A DNA stretch of 64,000 nucleotides. It comes from a virus. The notes beneath the pieces were generated by a model. It was given only the letters and a program-made list of their open reading frames with translations, searched no databases and was not told the DNA's origin. Below are positions 49,966 to 58,766 of this stretch, piece by piece. The stretch is taken from IMG/VR virus record IMGVR_UViG_3300025141_000060, positions 10,991-74,990 of that record; one strand, 5' to 3'. The translations under genes were made by a program, and so were the position numbers. Every line of letters starts with the position of its first letter. Positions within the stretch are counted from its first letter, which is position 1.

Positions 49966-51719
49966 TCCTCACCTTCCTCGTCTTTTTCAACTTCTTGCTC
50001 TTTTTCTACTTCTTCTTCATGCTCTTCTTCTTTCTCTTTTTCTGTATCTAAACTGTCAAAATCTATTGAGTTTAAAATATCCTCAAAACTTTTGAAATCC
50101 TTCATAATTTCATCAGAAGTAGGTGTTTTTTTCTTTTCTTCCTTTTCCTCTTCTTTTTGGGGTAGCTCCTCAACTGCGGTAGTCGGATCAAGGCCCCCAG
50201 CTTCCGCATCATTTTTAGCTTCTTTCTCATCCATGCGGGAATCATCTTCGTTAGACTCAATATGATCCTTCATACTGCTAGTCTTGAAGGCGTCAGTTTC
50301 CGTTTGCGCTTCTTCTGCCTCTGCTTTCTTTTTAGCTTCTTCGCCTCTCGCCTGAGCAGCTTTTGTCTTCTTGGATCGTTTATCGCCGCCCTCTTCTTTC
50401 TTTCTCTTTGTTTCAAGTATAATCTCTACCAATTCTTCTATAGAATCAATTTCAGAAAAAGTTTCTTTAATGGTAAGATTCTCAATTAAAGCATCATCCA
50501 AAATATCAGTATAACCTGCTTTCTCAAAAAGAAGCTCAATAAATCTATTAACATCAATAGACTCTACTCCATTTCTCGTCCTTAGCATTTTTGCTGTTTC
50601 CAAAAGAACATCCTTTTGCACTGAGCTTTTAGGACTAAGTTTTGATAACGCCTCAAAAATCAAAACTTGAGTATTTAAAAGACTTTTAAAAGTGGGGATA
50701 TCTTTAAGATTTTGTACACTAATCCCATACTTTTCATTCAACATAGAGAGGAAAATCTCTTTAAGTGGTTTTTTACTTTCAAAAAGATAGCTGCTAAATG
50801 CTTTAATCTCTTTAAGACTTACTTTTACTGTATCATTTAATTCCAAACTATTTGCTAGTGTTTCAGCTATCTGCTTTTTAGTGGCTAATGAGAAATAAGG
50901 GACTTCTACGATAACTTCAACTAAAGCCTGTGCAATTGTCTGTTCATCACTCTCATAAACGAGAGAAGCTAAATTAGAGATTTTATCATTATTCAACCAA
51001 ACAAGATCAAAGTTATTTTTAGACTCAACTAACTCTTTTCTAATTAATTCCTGTTTGCAAATCATCTCATATATATTATGATTTATTTCAGGAGGAATCA
51101 CATAAGAAGATTCATTTAGGTCATCATAAGAGAGTCTAGGGATATTGAAGGCATGAGAAACAGCAGAAGATAACCTAACCATGTTTTTAATTTCTGGGAT
51201 ATTGGCTAAATTCTTGTTCTCAACTAAAAACTCTACTATCTGAGGCGCGACCTGTGCCATTTTTTGAAACTCTTCAGAATCAATGATTCTATTAGTTCCG
51301 TTAAATTTTTGGGACTTCTCGTAAAGTTTATTCTTTACTGACGAGAACTTAACTCTATTCTCCCATAGTTGAAGAACTTTGTTAAAACTAGTATCAGCTT
51401 CAGCAAAGTCCTCTTCAAAAATATTTTGAATAAAGTTCGATATTTTATAATCTACAAATTCATCAAATTGGTTAGTGTCTTCAAATAAATCATCTGTTTC
51501 AATTTGAATATTTCTTAATGCTACGGTATTATCGAAATCATAATCAGCCGCAATAATATAGCCGCTTTCCGTGATAAAAGTTACCTTTTGCTCACTATCA
51601 TCAATCGAAAAAACTTCTACATTCTCTCGTAAAGATCTACCCAAATAATCAGATAATTTAATTATATTGGTTACTTTCTTGTCTCTATTCTCAAAAATAT
51701 GATCAAACATGTTTTTCAT
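49962..51719 (-). CDS. Acidic helical protein downstream of the portal (possible prohead core/scaffold)
   Basis: 585 aa, Glu-rich tail, AGGAG RBS. Confidence 0.5.
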   Translation of the reverse strand: MKNMFDHIFENRDKKVTNIIKLSDYLGRSLRENVEVFSIDDSEQKVTFITESGYIIAADYDFDNTVALRNIQIETDDLFEDTNQFDEFVDYKISNFIQNIFEEDFAEADTSFNKVLQLWENRVKFSSVKNKLYEKSQKFNGTNRIIDSEEFQKMAQVAPQIVEFLVENKNLANIPEIKNMVRLSSAVSHAFNIPRLSYDDLNESSYVIPPEINHNIYEMICKQELIRKELVESKNNFDLVWLNNDKISNLASLVYESDEQTIAQALVEVIVEVPYFSLATKKQIAETLANSLELNDTVKVSLKEIKAFSSYLFESKKPLKEIFLSMLNEKYGISVQNLKDIPTFKSLLNTQVLIFEALSKLSPKSSVQKDVLLETAKMLRTRNGVESIDVNRFIELLFEKAGYTDILDDALIENLTIKETFSEIDSIEELVEIILETKRKKEEGGDKRSKKTKAAQARGEEAKKKAEAEEAQTETDAFKTSSMKDHIESNEDDSRMDEKEAKNDAEAGGLDPTTAVEELPQKEEEKEEKKKTPTSDEIMKDFKSFEDILNSIDFDSLDTEKEKEEEHEEEVEKEQEVEKDEEGEE

Positions 51720-51766
51720 TACTCCTAGGTGCTAAATTTATATATAGCAATCATTTACCTAAAATT

Positions 51767-53542
51767 TTAAGATTCTTTGATTTTTCCTAAAATTCTTTGC
51801 CAAGTTTTTTGTTCATCTACCCTATACCCCTCTTTCTTTTTAATTTTGTCTCTATACTTCATTAAAGAAGAAAAATCCTCATTCGGTCTTTCTTGCTGTG
51901 TCGGTGTTGAATTTAGCCCTCCAGGGGTATTACCTTGAGGCAGTTCACCCGCTCCTGGTGATATCTGATTAAGCTCCTGCTGTTGGTATGCAGCTTCTTC
52001 CGACTCTTTTTTTAGTTTCTCTTTTAATAACAAAATCTCACCCTCACTCATATTATAGTATTCCTTGTAGATATAATCTTTTGGAAATAATTGAGTTTGA
52101 GTAACAGTTTGAACTATTGCTAAACGAGCCTGATCAATTTCTAATCTTCTTTTTGTAAATCTATCAGAAGGATCTGGCAATTGAATCCTTAAGTCTTTAA
52201 TTAAGCTTAAAGGAAAATTCTTCATCACAAGATGACGTTTAACTAAAATCTCTAAACCTACTTCAATATCGTGTTGCACTCTCGCAACAGCCCTAGCGAA
52301 TTTAACATCCAATTCCGACAGGTTCGCTTTTTTATCTGGTGCCTTATCTTTTGTTTCCACCACATAATCGCGTGGAACTTTAAGAGCCGCTAACAGCTTG
52401 TCCCTAAAGTAAGATACATCAGTCACTTCGCCTAAATTTTGCGCCCCAGGAAGGGTCTCAATCCGAGTTCCCTGGTTTCCTTTGATAGGGACAAAATAAT
52501 CTTCGTCTGCTGCTAATGGGTTGTATCGAGTATCAACACCATTACCTCGCATATATTTCTCTTTTTTAAATTTTTCCTTAACTCTCTCAATAAACATCTC
52601 AGCTTTACTAGAGGGCAAGTTGCCTACATCAATATAAAAGATTCGTCTTTCTGGGGCTCTTGAGAGCCTATAAATAAGCATTGCATCTTCCATCAGACGC
52701 AATGATCTGAATGTTTGAACCCCATAAGCAGCTACTGACTTGCCGTAGGGGTAAAATTTAGGATCAGATGTAAATAAACGAAAATGGACTATTTGATTCT
52801 TATCTAGCTCAATAAATTTAGAGTTCTTTGTTCCTGTTTGATCAATATCAAACGCACCTCCTTGAGCATAATCACTTTTTCCTGCATCTGGAATTTGCTG
52901 AAGGAATGTTTTTAGATAACCATAATCATCCTCAACGCGCAAAAGAAAATTTGGATTTAGTACCTTAACTTTTTGTATTCCAGCATCGGGGTTATTTACA
53001 TCAGCAATAGACTCAATAAAACAATCCCCAAATTTTACAGTATTCCTACAAATATCATAATATAACCTATCAAGTTCGATTGTTTTAAATAACCGCTCTA
53101 CCTCAGAGACAACCTCTGGACTCTCTGATTTCACGCTCCATCGCTTATCATTAGTATCTCGTTGAGTGCAATCATCAGCATAAATATCAAAAGCAGCACC
53201 TACTTCGGGGTGCTCATCCATTTTTTCATACTCTTTATAACGTGTTCTTCTACTTCTTTCAATCTCAGAATAAACAGGAGTAGTCCTATTCATAGTAAAT
53301 GCAGCACCAGAATTAGGCGCTTGCTTTACATCAGAATTAGGAAGTTTTGTGTCCCCTGCAAGGCTATTATCTGGATTATTAAATTCCTTTGATACTGCAT
53401 GTTGTGCAGGTGTAGCAAAGAATTTAGCAAAGAATTTTCCTAAGGCTCCCCTAGGATAGAAATAAGGGCCTCTAGCTTTGTAATCAGCCCAAGTGGATTG
53501 TCCACCATCTTCGTTTATTGTAGGTTTTATTTCGTCAACCAT
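51767..53542 (-). CDS. Portal protein (T4 gp20 family)
   Basis: LRLMEDAMLIYRLSRAPERRIFYIDVGNLP, EDYF.P, IETLPG..NLGE..DV.YF..KL..AL.VP. Confidence 0.95.
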   Translation of the reverse strand: MVDEIKPTINEDGGQSTWADYKARGPYFYPRGALGKFFAKFFATPAQHAVSKEFNNPDNSLAGDTKLPNSDVKQAPNSGAAFTMNRTTPVYSEIERSRRTRYKEYEKMDEHPEVGAAFDIYADDCTQRDTNDKRWSVKSESPEVVSEVERLFKTIELDRLYYDICRNTVKFGDCFIESIADVNNPDAGIQKVKVLNPNFLLRVEDDYGYLKTFLQQIPDAGKSDYAQGGAFDIDQTGTKNSKFIELDKNQIVHFRLFTSDPKFYPYGKSVAAYGVQTFRSLRLMEDAMLIYRLSRAPERRIFYIDVGNLPSSKAEMFIERVKEKFKKEKYMRGNGVDTRYNPLAADEDYFVPIKGNQGTRIETLPGAQNLGEVTDVSYFRDKLLAALKVPRDYVVETKDKAPDKKANLSELDVKFARAVARVQHDIEVGLEILVKRHLVMKNFPLSLIKDLRIQLPDPSDRFTKRRLEIDQARLAIVQTVTQTQLFPKDYIYKEYYNMSEGEILLLKEKLKKESEEAAYQQQELNQISPGAGELPQGNTPGGLNSTPTQQERPNEDFSSLMKYRDKIKKKEGYRVDEQKTWQRILGKIKES

Positions 53543-55068
53543 GTTAAATCCTCAACTTGCGGTCCCCCAAAAGATATTAAAGGCACTTTATATTTATCTT
53601 TATTAAATTTCTCCTCTTTAAAAGCAGTTTCTTTAACATATTCAACTAATGAAGTGTCTCTTGTGTACTTTAAAATATGGTTAGCTAGGGATAAACTCAT
53701 AATTAGGTCATCGTGTCTACCTTTATCGGCAGTTATCTTTCCAGAACTGTTTATTACAAAAGTATTTAGTTCATTTAAAGTGCGTTGAGAGTTAATTTTT
53801 AGAACATTCGTTCGAATCGCCTCTTCTAATTCAGATAAAATAACATCCCTATTTTTTAATGTTACCTGAAATCCAGGTAATCCATTATCGTCATGCCATA
53901 AATTCTCATACTCATGATCATTATATAAAAGATCTACGACATGATTTCCTACGGTATTTCTTTCTACGACAATATTAGCCGTATTATAATACATGCCTTC
54001 TTTATTCAAAATAGTTGCAAAATCATTGATTGGCGTCTTATTGCTATAAAACTCTGCGACAACCTCTCCATTATATAGATTTATTATTTGCGCGGCTGAA
54101 TAATCTCGATCCCTCCCTAGTGCGGTATCAACGCCAATAATATAATCATAAAAAGGTTCAGGCTCTTTCCAAACACGCATCCGATTATTATATTTTGTAT
54201 AGTAATTTTCGTCAATATTTTCTGCTAAATGCGATAGTATGGCTCCATCGACAAATGTATCGCCTGTACCTAGAAACTCGCACTCGTACTCCTGAAGCCA
54301 CTGTTTTCTAGGCATATTTGATTTAGTAACCGTCTCCCAGTCATCAATACTAAATGGGGGGGTTCTTTGAGACATTTCCTCATAAATAAATTCAAATCCA
54401 GGAGATCTAAAATACTCAGGATGCTCTTTCCATCTAATATCAATAGCATTAAAAGAGTTCGCATTCTCTACAGCCTTACTGTAAGTTTCAAAAAACCAGT
54501 TACCTAAACCATTTACTGTAGAAAGAATAAAGGCTCTTCCTCCTGTAGAGATAATTGGATAAACAGCGGCCCAAATTGTATCAATAGATTCGATGAAAGC
54601 GGCTTCATCAATAATAAGAAAAGACCCAGCAAGAGATCTACCTGATTGTTTTCCTGAAGGTCTAGACTTAATAATAGATCTATTTTTTAATTTTAAAGTA
54701 TGCTTATTATCCTCCGAAATTCCAGGTTTCATATAGGAAGGAAGTTCTTCATACATAACTTTAATTCTATCTAACACCTCCGTAGCTTCCGTGTCACCTT
54801 TAGAAAGAATAACAATCGCTTGGTGACGTTGAAATACCGCTAACCACAAAGCATAAGCGGAAGCGATAGTAGTACATCCCGCTTGCCTAAATTTTCTTAG
54901 AATATTGAACCGATTATTCTCAAGTTCTCCTACAATACGTTCTTGAAATGGGTATAATTTAAAGGGAACCAAACCTCGAACAGGGTGAGTAACCTTGACA
55001 TAATTGCACATAAAGTGGGCTGGATCCGCTTTACATTTTTTAAACTCTTCTAATACCTCATTTTCCAT
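53527..55068 (-). CDS. Terminase large subunit (T4 gp17-like)
   Basis: F.LYPFQ, K.RQ.G.TT, IIDEAAF, STVNG, QEYECEF, GVD...G..DYS, HDDL.M; likely start MENEV at 55068. Confidence 0.95.
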   Translation of the reverse strand: MENEVLEEFKKCKADPAHFMCNYVKVTHPVRGLVPFKLYPFQERIVGELENNRFNILRKFRQAGCTTIASAYALWLAVFQRHQAIVILSKGDTEATEVLDRIKVMYEELPSYMKPGISEDNKHTLKLKNRSIIKSRPSGKQSGRSLAGSFLIIDEAAFIESIDTIWAAVYPIISTGGRAFILSTVNGLGNWFFETYSKAVENANSFNAIDIRWKEHPEYFRSPGFEFIYEEMSQRTPPFSIDDWETVTKSNMPRKQWLQEYECEFLGTGDTFVDGAILSHLAENIDENYYTKYNNRMRVWKEPEPFYDYIIGVDTALGRDRDYSAAQIINLYNGEVVAEFYSNKTPINDFATILNKEGMYYNTANIVVERNTVGNHVVDLLYNDHEYENLWHDDNGLPGFQVTLKNRDVILSELEEAIRTNVLKINSQRTLNELNTFVINSSGKITADKGRHDDLIMSLSLANHILKYTRDTSLVEYVKETAFKEEKFNKDKYKVPLISFGGPQVEDLTWLTK

Positions 55069-55759
55069 GAACATTTACTCCTTAACTTGTACTCGGGACG
55101 AGAATCTATCACCCACAACCACTAACCTATTAAAGTACTTTAAAAGTTGTAAAATACAAACAAAAGTACTTACAAACCAAAATTCTATTTTTGAGGCATA
55201 TGATTCTGGCATAGATTCCTTAGATGCGGATTTGGATGATATAATAATTCTTTGTCATGATGATATAGAAATACTAACTCGCCCAGAAGTATTTACCCGT
55301 CTTCTAAAAGAAAAGCTATCAAAAGTTGATACTGGTTTTGTTGGAGTGGCTGGAGCAAAAATTTTAGTGGACTCTGCGGTATGGTGGGATAAACAGGTAT
55401 GGTCTTCAGGAAAATTAAGTGGGTATGTTATGCATGGAAATGATATAGAAACTATGTACCCAACATATTTTGGAGATTTAGGACAAGTTGTTGTAATGGA
55501 TGGTGTCTTTTTAGCTGCTAAGAAGAGGACTCTTAGATCAATTCAAACCAAAAAACCAGCTAAATTCCCAGGTCTTTGGGACTTTTATGATATTTTTTAT
55601 ACCTTTCAAGCTCACTTGAAAAAGATGAAAAATTACACATTACCTATTCATATAAGACATGAATCAGGTGGGGAAATCGCAGGAAGGGATTCTTGGCATA
55701 AGAATAGAGAAGCTTTTATAAATATTTTTGGAAAACAGCTTCCTAACTCTTGCCCTTAA
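55067..55759 (+). CDS. GT-A fold glycosyltransferase (family 2-like)
   Basis: SIFEAY, IILCHDD, GVAG, V.MDGVFLA, FYD, I.HES.G; start MNIYS at 55067. Confidence 0.8.
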   Translation: MNIYSLTCTRDENLSPTTTNLLKYFKSCKIQTKVLTNQNSIFEAYDSGIDSLDADLDDIIILCHDDIEILTRPEVFTRLLKEKLSKVDTGFVGVAGAKILVDSAVWWDKQVWSSGKLSGYVMHGNDIETMYPTYFGDLGQVVVMDGVFLAAKKRTLRSIQTKKPAKFPGLWDFYDIFYTFQAHLKKMKNYTLPIHIRHESGGEIAGRDSWHKNREAFINIFGKQLPNSCP

Positions 55760-55910
55760 CTTTCTTAAGGCAACGGTCATATCTTCCTTTAGCAGCAGGG
55801 CTCCAAGTACCTCTTTTAGTGGTTCCAGCAGTTTTAGCAATTGAGTCAGTACAAACCTTGTACTTAAAAGAACTTTGAGTGCGTTCTAAAACTCTTTCTT
55901 GCCAATTCAT
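55743..55910 (-). CDS. Small basic protein, MNWQERVLE N-terminus (not in ORF track)
   Basis: MNWQERVLERTQSSFKYKVCTDSIAKTAGTTKRGTWSPAAKGRYDRCLKKVKGKS*; TAATG coupling. Confidence 0.6.
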   Translation of the reverse strand: MNWQERVLERTQSSFKYKVCTDSIAKTAGTTKRGTWSPAAKGRYDRCLKKVKGKS

Positions 55911-56122
55911 TATTTAGGTAGACCCGTAGTTCTGGTGTCCTTTGTTGTATCACCCCCGAATTCCGCTGCCTCTCCAGGGGACAATCCTTTCATCCCCGAG
56001 CCTTTTTTTGTTCTCCACTTCACTCTCTTTCGTTCCTTCGACTGCTCTCGGTCTATCTTTTCCTTGGTGGTTTCCTTTTTCCCTTCTACTAAACTCTCGT
56101 AAATTTTGTCTTGCCAATTCAT
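55910..56122 (-). CDS. Small basic protein, putative internal head protein
   Basis: MNWQDKIYESLVE tag followed by a Lys/Arg-rich body. Confidence 0.65.
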   Translation of the reverse strand: MNWQDKIYESLVEGKKETTKEKIDREQSKERKRVKWRTKKGSGMKGLSPGEAAEFGGDTTKDTRTTGLPK

Positions 56123-56250
56123 ATTAATTTTCTTCCGTGTTTTCTCTTACCCTCTCGAATGAAGAGTCGTTTAAGTTGCTTCTTAAAGTAGTTAACCTTC
56201 TCTAAGTATCTAGGGTCTTTATTTCTGTACCCCTTGTTCTTTTTTTGCAA

Positions 56251-56442
56251 TTATTGAGCTTCAGTAGCCACCGCAGGTGCGAGAGAAATAGTTTCTACAA
56301 GCCAATGTCCACCCCGTACAATACCAAAACCAATCCCAAAAATAATAGCTCCTAAAACTACTACTTCTGCTAAACTCATTTTATACACCGAAAAAGGTGT
56401 TCTTATTCTATCTTTAAACAATAATCCCCATAATGGATTCAT
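56251..56442 (-). CDS. Small membrane protein
   Basis: One TM segment; ATGA coupling. Confidence 0.55.
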   Translation of the reverse strand: MNPLWGLLFKDRIRTPFSVYKMSLAEVVVLGAIIFGIGFGIVRGGHWLVETISLAPAVATEAQ

Positions 56443-56825
56443 TTCATTAGTCCTCTTTTCCTGGCTTCATCATGAAGCTCTTCTTCTTGTCTATCTCCGT
56501 TCTCAACAATTCCCTTGAGAATTGTTGATAGATTTGTCACAACAAGCGTGATCAAACCTGCAACAACTGCAATACTAGTTTCAGGAACAAACTGTATCGA
56601 AAAGATGAACATACAAACGAGGAAAGTTAAGTAAAACCCAGCAAATTTAGCTAAGTGCTTAGAAGCAGTTTCCTTAGCACTCTCTTTAATAAGAAGTTCT
56701 CTGAATTTAGCATCTGATTCCGCATTCATTTTCTCTACTTCAACCCTTCCTTCAGCCTCTTTAAGCTTTAGCGCAGAATTCACATCAATATAACCTTTAT
56801 CATTAATCATTGGTTTATCAGCCAT
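56439..56825 (-). CDS. Two-TM membrane protein (holin candidate)
   Basis: Two TM helices, charged C-terminus, GAGGAG RBS. Confidence 0.55.
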   Translation of the reverse strand: MADKPMINDKGYIDVNSALKLKEAEGRVEVEKMNAESDAKFRELLIKESAKETASKHLAKFAGFYLTFLVCMFIFSIQFVPETSIAVVAGLITLVVTNLSTILKGIVENGDRQEEELHDEARKRGLMK

Positions 56826-56893
56826 TATAATCTCCTCTTGGCATTCCCCTCTCTTTATTTAGGGATACACCCTAAATAATTGTTATTCTTTTT

Positions 56894-56910
56894 TTCCTTG
56901 CACGAAGGAA
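56894..56910 (-). promoter_or_regulatory. SECIS-like hairpin 2 (UUCCUU-CGUGC-AAGGAA)
   Basis: 6-bp stem starting 13 nt after the in-frame UGA at 56926-56924; G at loop position 2. Confidence 0.4.
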
Positions 56911-56911
56911 G

Positions 56912-56965
56912 TTAAGCACCTTTTCAGCAATGTGCTATTCTAGGTATCATAAATCTCTTTTTCAT
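56912..56965 (-). CDS. Candidate 17-aa selenopeptide MKKRFMIPRIAHC-U-KGA
   Basis: AGGA RBS 5 nt upstream of the ATG; TGC-TGA codons followed by a SECIS-like hairpin. Confidence 0.35.
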
Positions 56966-56967
56966 AT

Positions 56968-57255
56968 TTATCCTGCATTAACATTAGGTGATCCCGTAGC
57001 AACATTAGTACAGAGAGTGATTTCATCACCTACCCTACCACACCCCAGACCATTAACAAATACAGTTAAACTACCTGTGGTTATACCTGCGGAATGAGAA
57101 GGACAGGGAATACCAGGAAGTTCGTGAAGATCATTCAAATCTCCCTTCCTAGATATACCCCTTCCGTTAGCATTAACATTAAGAGAGCAACCTACTCTCG
57201 TTGGGATGCTTCAATGAAGTGCGTCTTTATCGTCTTTTCTAGTTACTGCTGGCAT
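56968..57255 (-). CDS. PAAR spike-tip protein (gp5.4-like) with an in-frame UGA at codon 15 (putative selenocysteine)
   Basis: MPAVTRKDDKDALH*SIPTRVGCSLNVNANGRGISRKGDLNDLHELPGIPCPSHSAGITTGSLTVFVNGLGCGRVGDEITLCTNVATGSPNVNAG; three PAAR-type repeats; His14/His44/His54/Cys82 present. Confidence 0.85.
57183..57199 (-). promoter_or_regulatory. Bacterial-type SECIS hairpin (GAGAGUA-GGU-UGCUCUC)
   Basis: 17-nt stem-loop starting 11 nt after the UGA at 57213-57211; apical GU. Confidence 0.7.
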
Positions 57256-57273
57256 ATTTTGTATAGACATAAA

Positions 57274-57311
57274 TTTACCGTCTATCCTAATTATATAGGT
57301 TAGACGGTAAA
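57274..57311. repeat. Long inverted repeat upstream of the PAAR gene
   Basis: TTTACCGTCTA-TCCTA-ATTATA-TAGGT-TAGACGGTAAA. Confidence 0.75.
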
Positions 57312-57324
57312 GTTATTTAATCAA

Positions 57325-58206
57325 TTAACTCCAGGTGTGATAATCTGGGTTGTAGTGTGAGCTTGGGGAAGTGAAGTTGTTAGGGGTTACCCAACCACCA
57401 TCTCTTATAGCCTTACCGATGGCATCCGTTGCAATCTGTACATCCATTGTGTTATCTTGGTTTGTTCGATAACCACCCAACTTCTCAGCTAGGGGGTCAA
57501 TCCACTCGACTAATTTTAAACCACACAAGGAATCAGTGTTAGGCCCAATGTTTGTTCCTAAACATAAGAAGTTATACCCCGTCCAATGTTGTCCGGGTTG
57601 TGCTTGTGGGTAGGTTGGGGGGCCGCAATTAGCGTCTGCACTACCATCAACAATTGCGAAGTTGAAAATCTGCCGAACCTCGGGTGAGAAGGTTAAGTCA
57701 TCTTCCCAACCAGAGCCTGACATTGAGGAAACCCACCAAGTAGGCTTTCTAGAGTAGTACTGAGCCGAAGTTTGGTTAAATGCATCGCCCCCAGGTCCGA
57801 AGCAACCTGCGGATACTTGTCCGTATTGGTTTCCGTCAACACCCGAAATTGATTGAACTGTGAATCTTTGTGGTATTGTAAACGCGGAGGTTTCCCAACA
57901 TTCACCAGAAACAATGTAAGACGCAACTGTACCAATAGCCTGTACAATTAAAGCGGTTTTTTCAATTGTACCTCCGATGTTTACACCTGTAAGTGAAACA
58001 TCTGAGGGTGCCCAGTTGATAGATCCCATTGGGACTCTTTTGTAGCCGTAGGCCAAGCTTTGTTCTCTAATATGCATTGCGGAGCAATAAGCCCCCGATC
58101 CGTCAATGCCTGATGCGGGGCTAGTTCCGCTTGCGTAAATACTCGCAGTAGGGGCTGGAAGTGCGGTCCCATATTGAACGGGTGCTGGTGTTCGTGTTAA
58201 TGCCAT
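57325..58206 (-). CDS. Hypothetical protein, probably structural
   Basis: 293 aa, AGGAG RBS, own late-promoter-like motif. Confidence 0.6.
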   Translation of the reverse strand: MALTRTPAPVQYGTALPAPTASIYASGTSPASGIDGSGAYCSAMHIREQSLAYGYKRVPMGSINWAPSDVSLTGVNIGGTIEKTALIVQAIGTVASYIVSGECWETSAFTIPQRFTVQSISGVDGNQYGQVSAGCFGPGGDAFNQTSAQYYSRKPTWWVSSMSGSGWEDDLTFSPEVRQIFNFAIVDGSADANCGPPTYPQAQPGQHWTGYNFLCLGTNIGPNTDSLCGLKLVEWIDPLAEKLGGYRTNQDNTMDVQIATDAIGKAIRDGGWVTPNNFTSPSSHYNPDYHTWS

Positions 58207-58286
58207 AGTTGGTTCTCCTGAAAAATGTCCTTATTAAGAATCTACATTATTTAGATGGGTTAAGAGTGTTTTAGAGATTATTTTTT

Positions 58287-58763
58287 TTATTTTTTTGATT
58301 CTTTTTCTTGTATAGAATTTAATATCTCTTCTAACTTATTCATACGTTGATCTTGATCATCATCTCTAGCATCAATATCCTCTTGAGAAACAGTATTATG
58401 AATTGATCCGAACTTCTTAAACCAAGTTCTACCTTTCTTAGTGAACAAAGGTAAGAATACAAATAATACTAAGTACCAATACCCTAATGTTTTAATCAGT
58501 CCACCTGTTTCGTGTAATGTAGAAGCCGTAGTTCCTTGGACTGGACCCGCACCTGCTACTTGTCCGACTATTGCTGCTGGACTTGCGGAGGGCATAAGCA
58601 TCTCGGAAACCATTACTCCCCCTGCTGCTCCTGCTGCAACTGCTGCTGGTTCAGGGACAAAAGCCGCAACCGCGCCTCCTCCAATTGCACCACCAATAGC
58701 GTGTTTAATAGTACTGCAACTAGTGAGAAAAAGAAAGAGGATTACCAGGAGAAAGTTTTTCAC
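58287..58763 (-). CDS. Lipoprotein with a glycine zipper and a C-terminal TM (u-spanin-like architecture)
   Basis: Lipobox LTS-C, GGAIGGG/AGAAGG, TM LGYWYLVLFVFLPLF. Confidence 0.55.
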   Translation of the reverse strand: MKNFLLVILFLFLTSCSTIKHAIGGAIGGGAVAAFVPEPAAVAAGAAGGVMVSEMLMPSASPAAIVGQVAGAGPVQGTTASTLHETGGLIKTLGYWYLVLFVFLPLFTKKGRTWFKKFGSIHNTVSQEDIDARDDDQDQRMNKLEEILNSIQEKESKK

Positions 58764-58766
58764 GTA

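Noticed and set aside
56119-56250. 43-codon basic ORF with a TTG start
   Set aside because: It fills the operon gap and may be real, but it has no clear RBS or motif, so it is too weak to list.
57094-57303. 69-aa plus-strand ORF in the track
   Set aside because: Antisense shadow of the PAAR gene.
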